DNA of 64,000 nucleotides from a virus, in the IMG/VR virus record IMGVR_UViG_3300050821_018577, positions 64,001-128,000 of that record; one strand, 5' to 3'. Every line of letters starts with the position of its first letter. The stretch's first letter is position 1. The notes below the pieces were generated by a model that worked only from the letters and a program-made list of their open reading frames with translations, was not told where the DNA came from and searched no databases. The position numbers and the translations under genes were made by a program. Below are positions 17,018 to 26,760 of the stretch, one piece after another.

Positions 17018-17584
17018 TTGCCCATGCCCAAAAACGAAAGTCAGAATGGCAGCAGGACGCATGAGCCATCGCTGCGTGAATTGACTGCGGAGCTCGAAGG
17101 GCTAAAAGAGCTCACATTGGAAAAATTTACCGCTTCCACCGCAATGTCGGACGAACGTGACCGGAGATATGAAGAGCGCTTCAAGGCAATGGACGAGAAA
17201 ACAGGCCTCGCCCTCACATCTAGCGAAAAGGCGGTGGCCAAGGCCGAAACGGCCACGGAGAAGCGATTCGATGCTGTGAATGAATTTCGCGGCCAATTAA
17301 AAGACCAAGCTTCAACTTTACTGCCTAAAGCAGAAGCCGATGCAAAGTTTCGCGCCTACGACGAGAAACTGGACGACATAAAGAAAGAAATCGCCAGCCT
17401 GCGGGAATATCGCAGTAGTGGCGAAAGTAAGGAAAAGACAATGGAGAAATCACACGACGCTGGAACAGCGAGTGTGCGATGGGGGCTCGGGATGATGGTC
17501 ACAATTATTTTTTCTAGTTTGATGTTCCTGCTTGGAATCGTTGGTGCGGTTTTTACGGTCCTAAAATTTGGTATCGGAAAATAA
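17018..17584 (+). CDS. coiled-coil protein with C-terminal transmembrane helix (holin-like candidate)
   Basis: KRFDAVNEFRGQL coiled coil; WGLGMMVTIIFSSLMFLLGIVGAVFTVL. Confidence 0.7.
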   Translation: MPMPKNESQNGSRTHEPSLRELTAELEGLKELTLEKFTASTAMSDERDRRYEERFKAMDEKTGLALTSSEKAVAKAETATEKRFDAVNEFRGQLKDQASTLLPKAEADAKFRAYDEKLDDIKKEIASLREYRSSGESKEKTMEKSHDAGTASVRWGLGMMVTIIFSSLMFLLGIVGAVFTVLKFGIGK

Positions 17585-17753
17585 GTGCGTGAAATGTTCA
17601 CAGTGCGCCGCCGACATCCCACGAAACCAGCAGCGAACCGTGCTACTTGGAGGGAAGTCGGTCGTTATAGACCTTTGCGAGAAATGTATAAAAGAGAATC
17701 AACGTAAGGCCGATGCGTATAAGCCATCGTGGAAGAAGAAGGACCTTGGTTGA
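17568..17753 (+). CDS. small zinc-finger protein
   Basis: CSQC...DLCEKC; start may be GTG 17589. Confidence 0.5.
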   Translation: MVSENKCVKCSQCAADIPRNQQRTVLLGGKSVVIDLCEKCIKENQRKADAYKPSWKKKDLG

Positions 17754-18103
17754 CTTCCGCATACGCGCATCATCAAGCGACTCCATTTTGTCGATGCGCA
17801 AAGGTTCCAGGTTATCCTTCTTTCGTAATCGTCGTCCACCACCACGTTAGGGCCCAGATTACCAGAAGCACGCCGCCAGCGAACGGAAGAATCTTCCATA
17901 TGCGTTATTGGAAGGACGAACACAGCCAGTGGTGGATCTACATTCCCGGATGCGGCGCGGGTGTGCTGTCGAAGCACATCGTCGAAGAGCACGAGGACGG
18001 CACGATAACCGTGACGCCTTCCATCCTTATGACTGGACACAACGAGGGAACGCAAACGCAGCGCCACGGATATTTGACGCGGGGCCAATGGATGGAGTGC
18101 TGA
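17729..18103 (+). CDS. DUF6527-like small protein
   Basis: HEDGTITVTPSIL...HGYLTRGQW; true start may be ATG 17900. Confidence 0.5.
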   Translation: MEEEGPWLTSAYAHHQATPFCRCAKVPGYPSFVIVVHHHVRAQITRSTPPANGRIFHMRYWKDEHSQWWIYIPGCGAGVLSKHIVEEHEDGTITVTPSILMTGHNEGTQTQRHGYLTRGQWMEC

Positions 18104-18129
18104 ATGCTGCGCGAGCGAACTAAAAATCC

Positions 18130-18492
18130 TTGAATGTGGTGCATTTTTCCTATACGGTTTTTTCGGAACATCGAAGGAAACGCATGTGCGATTTGCTTGA
18201 GAAAAGAGATGGTTTTGATGGCGCTCCCTGTGTTAAACACCTGATAGAATATCTTGAAAAGATTATTCCTGGCTTCGCCATGCATGCTATGAAAGAAATT
18301 CAATTCGACAATCGTCTCTCGAAAGCTGAGAACATCAAAGTTATAGTGAACGTACTTGATATTCAACGTAAATACCTAGACGCCTGTAAAGCTGCTGCAT
18401 TAGGCCTACGCCGAATACAGCACCTAACTCCGCTTAAAGAAGGCGACCGGCTCAATCCGGACGGTAGGCGAAAGAAAGAAATAGTACATTGA
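18130..18492 (+). CDS. hypothetical protein
   Basis: ORF in a visibly AT-richer segment; start uncertain. Confidence 0.5.
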   Translation: MNVVHFSYTVFSEHRRKRMCDLLEKRDGFDGAPCVKHLIEYLEKIIPGFAMHAMKEIQFDNRLSKAENIKVIVNVLDIQRKYLDACKAAALGLRRIQHLTPLKEGDRLNPDGRRKKEIVH

Positions 18493-18626
18493 CGCAGTTT
18501 CCGACACAGTTATAAAAATTTCCTTGACTTCGACAAATTCCAAACAAAAATAGCGATTTTAACTCTTATACGGTTATCTGACACAGCTCTTGGCAATGCC
18601 ACATCTCTGGCTGTCCAAATTCCATA

Positions 18627-18965
18627 ATGTACTATTCATGTGGCGACATTATCGCTTGGAGAATAAAAATGAGCATATCGATTTGGCCGAATGGGGCGGC
18701 GCCATCAGTCCCGAAGAGAATCAGCGCAGCGCGTAGCATGAAGTACACGGAACTAGAAGTGGATATGGAAGAGCATCCAGACGGCTCTATCTGGTTAATT
18801 ATCCGTGTATCTTACGACCCTGGCGAAAGATTTAAATTTTGGGGTAAGGTTTGCCTGCCAACCAATACGCTTGGTGCCTGGAAACAAAAAATCGACAGGC
18901 GCTTCGATGCCATCAATGCTTGCCCGGAATTATTTCCAGATGAGGAACTCCCAAAGGCGGCATAG
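18627..18965 (+). CDS. hypothetical protein
   Basis: ORF in the AT-richer segment; start probably ATG 18669. Confidence 0.5.
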   Translation: MYYSCGDIIAWRIKMSISIWPNGAAPSVPKRISAARSMKYTELEVDMEEHPDGSIWLIIRVSYDPGERFKFWGKVCLPTNTLGAWKQKIDRRFDAINACPELFPDEELPKAA

Positions 18966-18983
18966 TTGATATAGAATCCATTT

Positions 18984-19862
18984 ATGCCGTATTCCAGTGC
19001 CGGCGACGCGCCGTCTTATGTCCCCGCGAAACACCGCGCCCAATGGGTGCACGTTTTTAACAGCGAGTGGGACAAACACAAAGACAAGCCGAAAGCGGAA
19101 CGAGAACGCATAGCTTTTTCTGCGGCCAACAGTGTAGCCGGTTCGAACAGTTCCAAAAAATATGCAAAACTTTTGGCCAAAGCGACAGTGGAAGACGTGC
19201 GCGCATTTTCCGATGCGGTCATTGCCGCACTCGAACAGGAATTTCAAACCGTGCCGCTGGAAGTGCAGCCGGCTCTTGAATCCGCGATGCTCAGCGGGAT
19301 CGGTCAAGGAGCATTGCAACTGGAATTTTCATCGGCTGGCTTGATTGCCTCCGCCAACACCGTCGCACAAAACTATGCGCTCGAACGGTCCGCGGAACTG
19401 GTGGGCATGAAGCGCGACGTAGAAGGAAATCTCGTTCCGAACCCGGACGCGCGCTGGGCTATTAGCGACACCACCCGGGAACGGATCCGTGAAATCGTAG
19501 CCGACGCGTTTAGCGAAGAGACTTCTATGAAGGAAATCAAGACCGCCATCCAGGAAGCGCTGGCTGACGAAGCCGAAGGCAACGGCATTTTCAGCGAAGC
19601 CAGGGCGGAACTGATTGCCAGAACAGAAGTTAGTAACGCGCAAGCCGGAGGAAACTTCACTGTTTGGCGCGATAGCGGCGTCGTGCGCAAAGTCCGCTGG
19701 ACAACGTCTGAGGATGAAGCAGTCTGTGAAAGTTGCGATGGAAACGACAACGTGGAAGTAGAATTGGGCCATCCATTTCCATCGGGGGACCTCTATCCCG
19801 GAGCCCATCCGCGGTGCCGTTGCGTATTGGTAGTCAGTGAAATTTCTTCCCAAAAAGCCTAA
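18984..19862 (+). CDS. ChaB-like domain fused to a MuF (gp7/SPP1-like) head morphogenesis protein
   Basis: MPYSS..D.P......QWVHVFNS.W (ChaB); RAELIARTE...W....D..VC..C...HPRCRC (MuF). Confidence 0.85.
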   Translation: MPYSSAGDAPSYVPAKHRAQWVHVFNSEWDKHKDKPKAERERIAFSAANSVAGSNSSKKYAKLLAKATVEDVRAFSDAVIAALEQEFQTVPLEVQPALESAMLSGIGQGALQLEFSSAGLIASANTVAQNYALERSAELVGMKRDVEGNLVPNPDARWAISDTTRERIREIVADAFSEETSMKEIKTAIQEALADEAEGNGIFSEARAELIARTEVSNAQAGGNFTVWRDSGVVRKVRWTTSEDEAVCESCDGNDNVEVELGHPFPSGDLYPGAHPRCRCVLVVSEISSQKA

Positions 19863-19942
19863 GTTTCCACCGCTAAGTTTTTTAATTCCTTTTACATAAG
19901 TTTCCATACCTGCAAATCCCGGCTTAAAAATAGTTCTTCCAT

Positions 19943-21196
19943 GTGGCGCAAATCGTGGATATGGTTTTCTACGAAATGGGCGAGCTCCAAAAAATAGACT
20001 TCACCAAGTTTGTTCCGTTCAGCAAGGTCAACCTTGCGTTGCGCGAAGTGTCCGGAATCGTCACCGCCGAGCAGCCCGACAAAGATTTGGAAGTTTGCGA
20101 TTACGAAAAATCAAAACCCTACTATCAGGCGCTGATTTCCGAGATGTCCAAAGCCACAGACGGCGAAAACATTATGCCATTGCGCGAGATGCATCAACTC
20201 TCCGCGGTTGGCAAAGGTATCGGGTTCAATTTCGACGACCAGGACAAAGAAATAGAAATGACATTTAAGGTCGTCGATGACAACGCGTGGAAAAAAGTCG
20301 AAGAGCGCGTTTACACCGGATTCAGCCAGGGCGGCCGGAAGGTCGGCGGCCAGGTTGCGGATCCTGTGTTCAAGGGTTGCCAGAGATACGTCGCAAATCC
20401 AAGCGAAGTTTCACTCGTCGATAATCCGTGCCTGCCGTCTGCGCGTTTCGCTGTCATCAAGACCGACGGCACGGTCGAGATGCGCAAATTCCTCAAGACC
20501 GTTTCTCCCGAACCTGACCCGCGCATTACGGCGCTTGAGCAGGAAGTCAGTTTACTGAAAGCGGCTAACACCTCGCCGATAACAACCAAGATTACGCCGG
20601 CTGCGGAACCCGCGAAAAAAATAAAGAAAGTCGGGGGTAAGGACCTGGAAGCAGCTTCTTTTGCTTATGTCGAGAACCTGGACAAGACGGAAACTTGGCA
20701 ATATCCGGTGCACGAGGCCAAATACGTTCGCTGGAGTATTGCGAAAATGGCGCTCGCATCGGATGCTGAAAAGACCAAGGTTCGCCCCAAGGTCCTCGCT
20801 GCGGCAAAGAAATTAAACATCGACCTGACAACAGAAGAAACAAAAATCGCCGCCATTTTCGCGACCATGCGCAAGGTTGCCCGCGTCTACGTGAACAAGA
20901 ATTCCGACAAGATTGTCAGCGAGCGATTGCAATCGCTCGATAGCGATACAGGCAAGCTGGTTCATGCCAGCCTGCACAAAGGCATGTGGGAAGTATCGCG
21001 TCTGGCCTGCACGCTCGAGGATTTGGCCTGTTTGGTTTTTTCGGTCTGCTGCGAACAAGAGTACGAGTTAGATGAAGATTCCGCATTGCCGGAAATGCTG
21101 GCCGAGAACGTGGCCGCCGTGACCGAAACGCTCATTGCCATGGTGGACGAAGAAACTCGCGAGATGCTCGCGCAAGTGAAAGCGCACGTGAAGTAA
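19943..21196 (+). CDS. prohead protease with C-terminal extension
   Basis: LREMHQLSAVGK, YTGFSQGG, EVSLVDNPCLPSARF; extension contains SFAY...WQYPVH, an accessory head domain. Confidence 0.85.
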   Translation: MAQIVDMVFYEMGELQKIDFTKFVPFSKVNLALREVSGIVTAEQPDKDLEVCDYEKSKPYYQALISEMSKATDGENIMPLREMHQLSAVGKGIGFNFDDQDKEIEMTFKVVDDNAWKKVEERVYTGFSQGGRKVGGQVADPVFKGCQRYVANPSEVSLVDNPCLPSARFAVIKTDGTVEMRKFLKTVSPEPDPRITALEQEVSLLKAANTSPITTKITPAAEPAKKIKKVGGKDLEAASFAYVENLDKTETWQYPVHEAKYVRWSIAKMALASDAEKTKVRPKVLAAAKKLNIDLTTEETKIAAIFATMRKVARVYVNKNSDKIVSERLQSLDSDTGKLVHASLHKGMWEVSRLACTLEDLACLVFSVCCEQEYELDEDSALPEMLAENVAAVTETLIAMVDEETREMLAQVKAHVK

Positions 21197-21226
21197 AAAA
21201 GTTCTGAGAACTTTCGAGGAGGAGCA

Positions 21227-21982
21227 ATGTACAAACTTGACCAGAAAGAAGATTTGGAGAAGGCCGGCCAGTCGCTGGGCAGTTTTTTCGCCAAGCAGGC
21301 GGATGAGCTCCAGAAAACGCACGCTCTCCATGCCGCGCTCGCGGCGCATCACCAAGGGAAGGCCGACGCGCATTCCGCGTACGCCGTGCACTTCAAGGCG
21401 CAGCATGACGCGCTGCCCGACGACCACGACATGAAGGCGCACATGGCGAAAGGCCATTCGCATCATGTCGCGATGGCTGCTCACGAGGACGGTATCGCCA
21501 AGGCTCACGGCGCCCATGCGGAAACGGTCAAGACGCAAATCGATGCCATCAAGGCTTTGTCCGTGGAGTGGGGTGGCGTGAAGAAGGCCGACGAGGGGCC
21601 GCTTGCGCGATTGCTCTCTTCTCGCACCGGCACCGTGACAGCTCCAGTGACGGCCCCAACCGGCAATGTCATGGTCGACATGATTAACGAAACTTCGACG
21701 CAATTGATGGCCAAGACGCTGTCGATGATGGACAACGACCCCGATGTACAAAAGGCCATGCGCGAGCACGTCATGAAGCTGGTAGCCGAAGCCGTTGGCA
21801 GCACGGTGCGGCCGCCCGAAGTTTCCGCGGTTGCGCCGACCGCGCCAGCCTTCGGAATCAAGGCGGTTACTCGTCCAGGACAACGGCCGCTTCCGGCCGC
21901 GGACGCGCCGGCCTCTGTGCCGCTCGAGTTTTCGAAGCTGTTCTCATCCGAGGACGGGGATCAGGGCCTGTTGCGCCAGTAA
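21227..21982 (+). CDS. His-rich scaffold-position protein
   Basis: Between protease and capsid; strong RBS GAGGAGGAG; 15 His within about 70 aa. Confidence 0.7.
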   Translation: MYKLDQKEDLEKAGQSLGSFFAKQADELQKTHALHAALAAHHQGKADAHSAYAVHFKAQHDALPDDHDMKAHMAKGHSHHVAMAAHEDGIAKAHGAHAETVKTQIDAIKALSVEWGGVKKADEGPLARLLSSRTGTVTAPVTAPTGNVMVDMINETSTQLMAKTLSMMDNDPDVQKAMREHVMKLVAEAVGSTVRPPEVSAVAPTAPAFGIKAVTRPGQRPLPAADAPASVPLEFSKLFSSEDGDQGLLRQ

Positions 21983-22028
21983 GTCAAAATTTGGAGTTGG
22001 CAAAGTTCAAATCTGACAGGAGCGAATC

Positions 22029-23726
22029 ATGAGTCTTATCAATCAGAATTTTTACAAAGCCGGCATGGCGGAGGCTCGCGCGAATGCAGCGAAAGCGGCG
22101 GCTCCTGGTACTGAGCTCGCGGCGCTCATGAAGCGGGCGTTGCCCAAAGGGCTTGGCGGAGAGATTGACCCCAAGCAATGGCGGTACGAAAACGACGAAA
22201 TCAATCCGCTGGTCAAGATGGTCGGCCGCGAATTAGTGAAGGCCGGCGTCACCACCTCGCTGGGCTTCAACTTTTTCGATTTGCGCGGCCCCGCGTATTT
22301 CATCTTCCCGTTGCTCACGCCATTCATCCAGATGATTCCGCGCATGGGGCGCGTCAATGACGGCGTCGGCACGGCGGCCCACTGGAAGGCCACCCGCAAC
22401 CCGAATAACACGTTTGTCTATGCCGGCGTGCTCGAAGGACAGCGCAACGCGACGGCAACGCCGAACGAAGTCGATTACCTTGCGACTTACAAGGAAATCG
22501 GCATGGAAGGCGGAGAGACCTTCACCGCCCAGTTCGCCGGCGAAGGCTTCACCGACAACCTGGCGGATGAGCATTTCCGCAACTTGGCGCGCCTGCGTCT
22601 CCAAGAAGAGATGATGGTTCTCTGGGGCAACAGCGGTACCGCTGCCGGCAACCTCGGATTTGCTTTAGGGCAGGCGCCGAACGTGACCGCCGCCGCCGTG
22701 GCCGGTACGACCGGTCTTGGCAACGGCGCCAACGTAGTAGCCGCCGTAGTGGCCATCACCGCTTTCGGCATGAACCCGGGTGGGCAGGCCGGTTATGCCG
22801 CTCCTCCAAGCGTTGCAAACGGCATCACCACCAACTACACCCGCACCAACGCGGACGGCAGCACCACCAACGTGGCTTGCGGAGTGAGTGCGATTTCAAA
22901 CGTTTCGGCGACCGTTACGGTCCCCAACACGTCCTTCCAGCAAGTCAAGCTTTCCGTTCCCGCCGTGAAAGGTGCCGTTGGATATGCCTGGTTCTGGGGC
23001 ATTAACGTGGCTGCTACCACGGGCAACGTCAAGCTTGGCTCGATTACCGCATGGCCGAACTATACCGTCACCGCTCCTGCCAACGGCGTGCAGTTGGGCA
23101 ACGCGGCCGGTCTTTCGACCGACAACAGTTTCCAGCCGACAGATTTCGACGGCTTGGGCACCTACTCCTTCCAGAACGGTCTCTGGACCGATATGGGCGG
23201 CGGCTCGTTCACCCCGGCCGGCAACGGCCAGGTCGCCGAAATTGAAAGCGACCTCCAGTATCTCTGGACGAACTATCAGGCACAGCCGGACGCCATCTGG
23301 GTTTCCGCTGACGTAAAGGCTTCGCTCGAATCGGCGATCATTTTCTCCTCGACCGGAAACAACAGCTACATCTTCCAGGTCAGCCAGATGGAGCAGCAGA
23401 CGGGTATGACCGGTGGCTTCATCATCACCGGCTATAAGTCGAAGTACAGCATCAATCCTGCGGGTGGCGACACGATTCCGATTCGCATTCACCCCATGTT
23501 CCCGCAGGGTACGATTCTGTATGACATCAATCGCAACCCATATCCGCACAGCCGCGTTCCTGCGGTTCGGACCATGCTGATGCAGCGCGATTATTACGCA
23601 ATTGAATGGCCAATCGTGACGCGCCAGTGGACTTTCGGTACGTATGTCCAGGAAGTTCTGGCGCATTACATGCCATGGATCTCGGCAATCCGCACTGGCG
23701 TTGGACCGTTCGTAGCGCCCGCCTAA
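22029..23726 (+). CDS. major capsid protein with inserted beta-sandwich domain
   Basis: Position, strong RBS and codon bias; FFDLRGPA...LTP, EHFRNLARLRLQEE, IRIHPMFPQGTI; insertion with VPAVKGAVGYAWFWG. Confidence 0.85.
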   Translation: MSLINQNFYKAGMAEARANAAKAAAPGTELAALMKRALPKGLGGEIDPKQWRYENDEINPLVKMVGRELVKAGVTTSLGFNFFDLRGPAYFIFPLLTPFIQMIPRMGRVNDGVGTAAHWKATRNPNNTFVYAGVLEGQRNATATPNEVDYLATYKEIGMEGGETFTAQFAGEGFTDNLADEHFRNLARLRLQEEMMVLWGNSGTAAGNLGFALGQAPNVTAAAVAGTTGLGNGANVVAAVVAITAFGMNPGGQAGYAAPPSVANGITTNYTRTNADGSTTNVACGVSAISNVSATVTVPNTSFQQVKLSVPAVKGAVGYAWFWGINVAATTGNVKLGSITAWPNYTVTAPANGVQLGNAAGLSTDNSFQPTDFDGLGTYSFQNGLWTDMGGGSFTPAGNGQVAEIESDLQYLWTNYQAQPDAIWVSADVKASLESAIIFSSTGNNSYIFQVSQMEQQTGMTGGFIITGYKSKYSINPAGGDTIPIRIHPMFPQGTILYDINRNPYPHSRVPAVRTMLMQRDYYAIEWPIVTRQWTFGTYVQEVLAHYMPWISAIRTGVGPFVAPA

Positions 23727-23763
23727 TAGCGGAGGACGCGCGTAGTTTTAAAGGAGAAATCTT

Positions 23764-24033
23764 ATGCCTGTATCAGGACCAGGACCTGGCGGCACGGCTC
23801 CAGGTAGTCCGACTGCCGCGCAACTCACGAACCTTGCCACTCTGCAGGCGGCGCAGGCAGCTGCTCTTGTGACGCTCGATGCGGCGCGCATCACGCACAA
23901 GACCGCGCACGCAGCTTGGGTGTCGGCAGCGCGGCAGGCAACGGCATATCAGGCCTATATCTACGGCGGCCAGAAGCCTGGAATCATCGATGAGGGTGTG
24001 CCAGCTGGCCTTGTACAGGGCGACGCACCGTAA
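23764..24033 (+). CDS. small Ala-rich protein (head-associated candidate)
   Basis: RBS AAGGAG directly after the capsid gene. Confidence 0.7.
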   Translation: MPVSGPGPGGTAPGSPTAAQLTNLATLQAAQAAALVTLDAARITHKTAHAAWVSAARQATAYQAYIYGGQKPGIIDEGVPAGLVQGDAP

Positions 24034-24055
24034 CGCGCGGGCAGTCGCATAACCT

Positions 24056-24307
24056 ATGCCTGGCCCGGTACAACTCAACATCACTTTGACCATCAGCGGC
24101 AATCCGGTTGTGGTCGTTCCCATTCCGCCCGGGTTGCAGGCATTGGATTCCAGCGCTATTGCTGGCCAAGGCCAAGCTGCAGGACAAACAGGATTCTCCA
24201 GCGTGGATATTGCCATTCGCAACATTTTCAAAGCCGGTATTTTTTTTGTTCCCGCTTCGAATATTTGGTATTCGGCATTCGTCATCCAGTCCATCACCTG
24301 GACATAA
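24056..24307 (+). CDS. hypothetical structural protein
   Basis: Position after the capsid; beta-rich. Confidence 0.6.
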   Translation: MPGPVQLNITLTISGNPVVVVPIPPGLQALDSSAIAGQGQAAGQTGFSSVDIAIRNIFKAGIFFVPASNIWYSAFVIQSITWT

Positions 24308-24345
24308 ACTTGCCCTGTTAGTTTGCTCGGGTGTAGAATCCGGCG

Positions 24346-24648
24346 ATGTCGCTGAACCGCAGGATCGTGCTCGACGATTCAGAAATCTGCTCGCCTGAGC
24401 CGGTTAAGGTTCAGAAACCTCCCGCCATCGTTCCACCACTCGGGGTTGGCAGTGCGCTCCATTGGATGCCCGGCAATTCCGATGCGACCACATTTGCTGA
24501 CGCTCTCGGGCTCTACGATGAAGTCATAAAATGCAAGTCATGCGGTTATGATGGCCCGTTTGATGGCAACCATCGGGCTCAAACCATTCAGTGTTTAGGT
24601 TGCGGCCGGGTCTCTTCCTTTGAAGCTTTCAAAAAAGAGCACACATGA
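24346..24648 (+). CDS. zinc-ribbon protein
   Basis: CKSCG...CLGCG. Confidence 0.6.
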   Translation: MSLNRRIVLDDSEICSPEPVKVQKPPAIVPPLGVGSALHWMPGNSDATTFADALGLYDEVIKCKSCGYDGPFDGNHRAQTIQCLGCGRVSSFEAFKKEHT

Positions 24649-24947
24649 AGGGTCGCTATAACAGAGAAAAATGGACGGCGCATGCGGCTGTTCGAAGGAT
24701 GGTTGCCGATGGCCGTCTCCCAAATCCAGCAACACTTACATGCAGTGATTGTCCTAATTCCGCAGCAGAATATGACCACTATTTAGGATATGCGCCAGAG
24801 CATCGAAGACACGTTCAGCCAGTATGTTTCTCTTGCCATACAAAAAGAAAATGGGCGCGAGGCGAGATAACACTAACACATAGAATAAAAGAGGTCTTAA
24901 CGAAAGGTCGCCTATCGAATTATAGGGCGTGCGAGCATGGAATTTAG
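24645..24947 (+). CDS. HNH-like endonuclease
   Basis: CSDC...EYDHYLGY...QPVCFSCH. Confidence 0.7.
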   Translation: MKGRYNREKWTAHAAVRRMVADGRLPNPATLTCSDCPNSAAEYDHYLGYAPEHRRHVQPVCFSCHTKRKWARGEITLTHRIKEVLTKGRLSNYRACEHGI

Positions 24948-25067
24948 CCCGCTGAAAAACTGCCATTCATGTTTCGCGAAATCGAAAGCCGAAAATCTCA
25001 AGAAATGGAGAGAGCTTCATCCTGGTCGCGAGAAGGAACTTTATCATTTACGGCGAAAGGCTCAAGA

Positions 25068-26078
25068 ATGCGTATAGGTTTAGTGCTGGTCAGGAATTTT
25101 TTGGCATGTGCTTATTCCCTTTTCGGTTATCGCGAAACGCTAGAGCGCATGGGCCACGACGTCATCGAATGCGCCTTCCCGGGCAACCAAGTGCAGGTGA
25201 CTCCGGAAATTATAGCTAAGGTCCCGACCATCGAGCAGCTCCTGGAATGCGATTGCGTTCTGCTTACCTATGCGGAATACACACAACCATGGATCGAACA
25301 AATTTATGATTTCGAACAATGGCAGAAGCTTATGGGTAAGGTGCCGGTCCTCGCCCGCTTCGATGAGTCCATGGACCGCGGCGACCTGTTACTACCGCAT
25401 CGTTTGCCAAAAATTAAAAAATGGGCGACACATTATTCCTTTCCCGCAGCGCAAGACGCCGACAAGTATGGCGGTGAGTGGCTACCGTACGGCGCGGACA
25501 CGACGATTTTCCATCCTCCCGACCATGCAGATTTGGATAAATTTGAGAAGAAATACGACTTGGCCTTCATCGGTACGCTCTATCAGAAACGCCACGACTA
25601 TCTAATGAAGATGGCTCCGCACATCGGGAAGAATGTCACCTTCCACAGTGGCAACGTTGTCGTCCAGGATATCGGCGGGATCCGCGAGCGCGAGACGACG
25701 GAACTTTTGGCCGAAAATTACCGACAGATTCGAATATTTTTCTGTTTGCCGCCAATGTCACGATTGCTGGTGGAAAAAATTTTCGACATAATGGCCTGTG
25801 ACACATTCGTGATGTACCCATGTTTTCCTGACATCGATTTTCAGAAAAACTTGTCCATTTTCAAGGGCGACAAACACATCGTTTATTACGACTACGGTTT
25901 CTACGCGGACAACGGGAAGCAAGTGACACATTATCTCGAACATCCGGAAGAAGTCGACAGGATCGCGCGGGCCGGCGGCGAACTCGTGCGGTCGAAATAC
26001 ACGCTGGAGCAAATGCTCGAAGCGATGCTGACCCAGGTCAGGAGCGTGCGTGAAAGTAGCCACCAAGTTCGGGTTTGA
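25068..26078 (+). CDS. glycosyltransferase (GT-B, CgeB/Glyco_trans_1_2-like)
   Basis: YDLAFIGTLYQKRHDYL...EKIFDIMAC...YLEHPEE..RIARAG. Confidence 0.8.
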   Translation: MRIGLVLVRNFLACAYSLFGYRETLERMGHDVIECAFPGNQVQVTPEIIAKVPTIEQLLECDCVLLTYAEYTQPWIEQIYDFEQWQKLMGKVPVLARFDESMDRGDLLLPHRLPKIKKWATHYSFPAAQDADKYGGEWLPYGADTTIFHPPDHADLDKFEKKYDLAFIGTLYQKRHDYLMKMAPHIGKNVTFHSGNVVVQDIGGIRERETTELLAENYRQIRIFFCLPPMSRLLVEKIFDIMACDTFVMYPCFPDIDFQKNLSIFKGDKHIVYYDYGFYADNGKQVTHYLEHPEEVDRIARAGGELVRSKYTLEQMLEAMLTQVRSVRESSHQVRV

Positions 26079-26760
26079 CCTGACATTGCGCGATGGCAGC
26101 TACATGGCCACGGAATTCGCCGCGAACCAATGCTATGAAGAACCGGAATCGAGACTGGTGCTTTCGCTCATTCGCCCTGGCGATTTCTGCATCGATGCCG
26201 GAGCCCACATCGGCTATTATTCCTGCCTGATGGCCAAGGCAGGCGCGAGAGTTTTGGCGGTCGAATGTAATCCAATGCACTTCGTCATGCTTTCGCAAAA
26301 CATTCGCGACTTCTCTGTAATTGAATCCCACATGGCTCTTGGTGAACTAAATACCGATGGGCCTGTTGACTTTAACCTTCCAACCGAATGGGATGATGGC
26401 TGCGGGACGCTCTATCCTGTTCGCAATAATGCAAAACAAGTGGGCGTCTGGATGATGCGGCTCGATTCGCTCTTGGATGTAGGCGCTTCGACAGGCGAAC
26501 GTGTCAGTAGAATCCGCCTGCTAAAACTGGACATTGAGGGATCGGAACTAGCGGCGCTTCGCGGCTTGGGCGCGCGCCTTGCAGACGTCGATTACATCTT
26601 AATGGAATGCGGCGAATATTACGCCGCCAAGACAATTAGCCAAATCAACGAGCACATGCAGGGTTGGACGATTCGAGCGTTTTCTAACGGCGAATGGAGA
26701 GACGTCCAGAAGGCCACCACCGGCAATTTCCTGTTTATGAATCCAAAGGCGAATGAATGA
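26050..26760 (+). CDS. FkbM-family methyltransferase
   Basis: IDAGAHIGYYS, LAVECNP, RLLKLDIEGSEL. Confidence 0.9.
   Translation: MKVATKFGFDLTLRDGSYMATEFAANQCYEEPESRLVLSLIRPGDFCIDAGAHIGYYSCLMAKAGARVLAVECNPMHFVMLSQNIRDFSVIESHMALGELNTDGPVDFNLPTEWDDGCGTLYPVRNNAKQVGVWMMRLDSLLDVGASTGERVSRIRLLKLDIEGSELAALRGLGARLADVDYILMECGEYYAAKTISQINEHMQGWTIRAFSNGEWRDVQKATTGNFLFMNPKANE

Noticed and set aside
21198-22010. AAAGTTC motif / palindrome upstream of scaffold and capsid RBS as a late-promoter element
   Set aside because: The palindrome at 21198-21214 is real, but the motif was not found consistently before other late genes.
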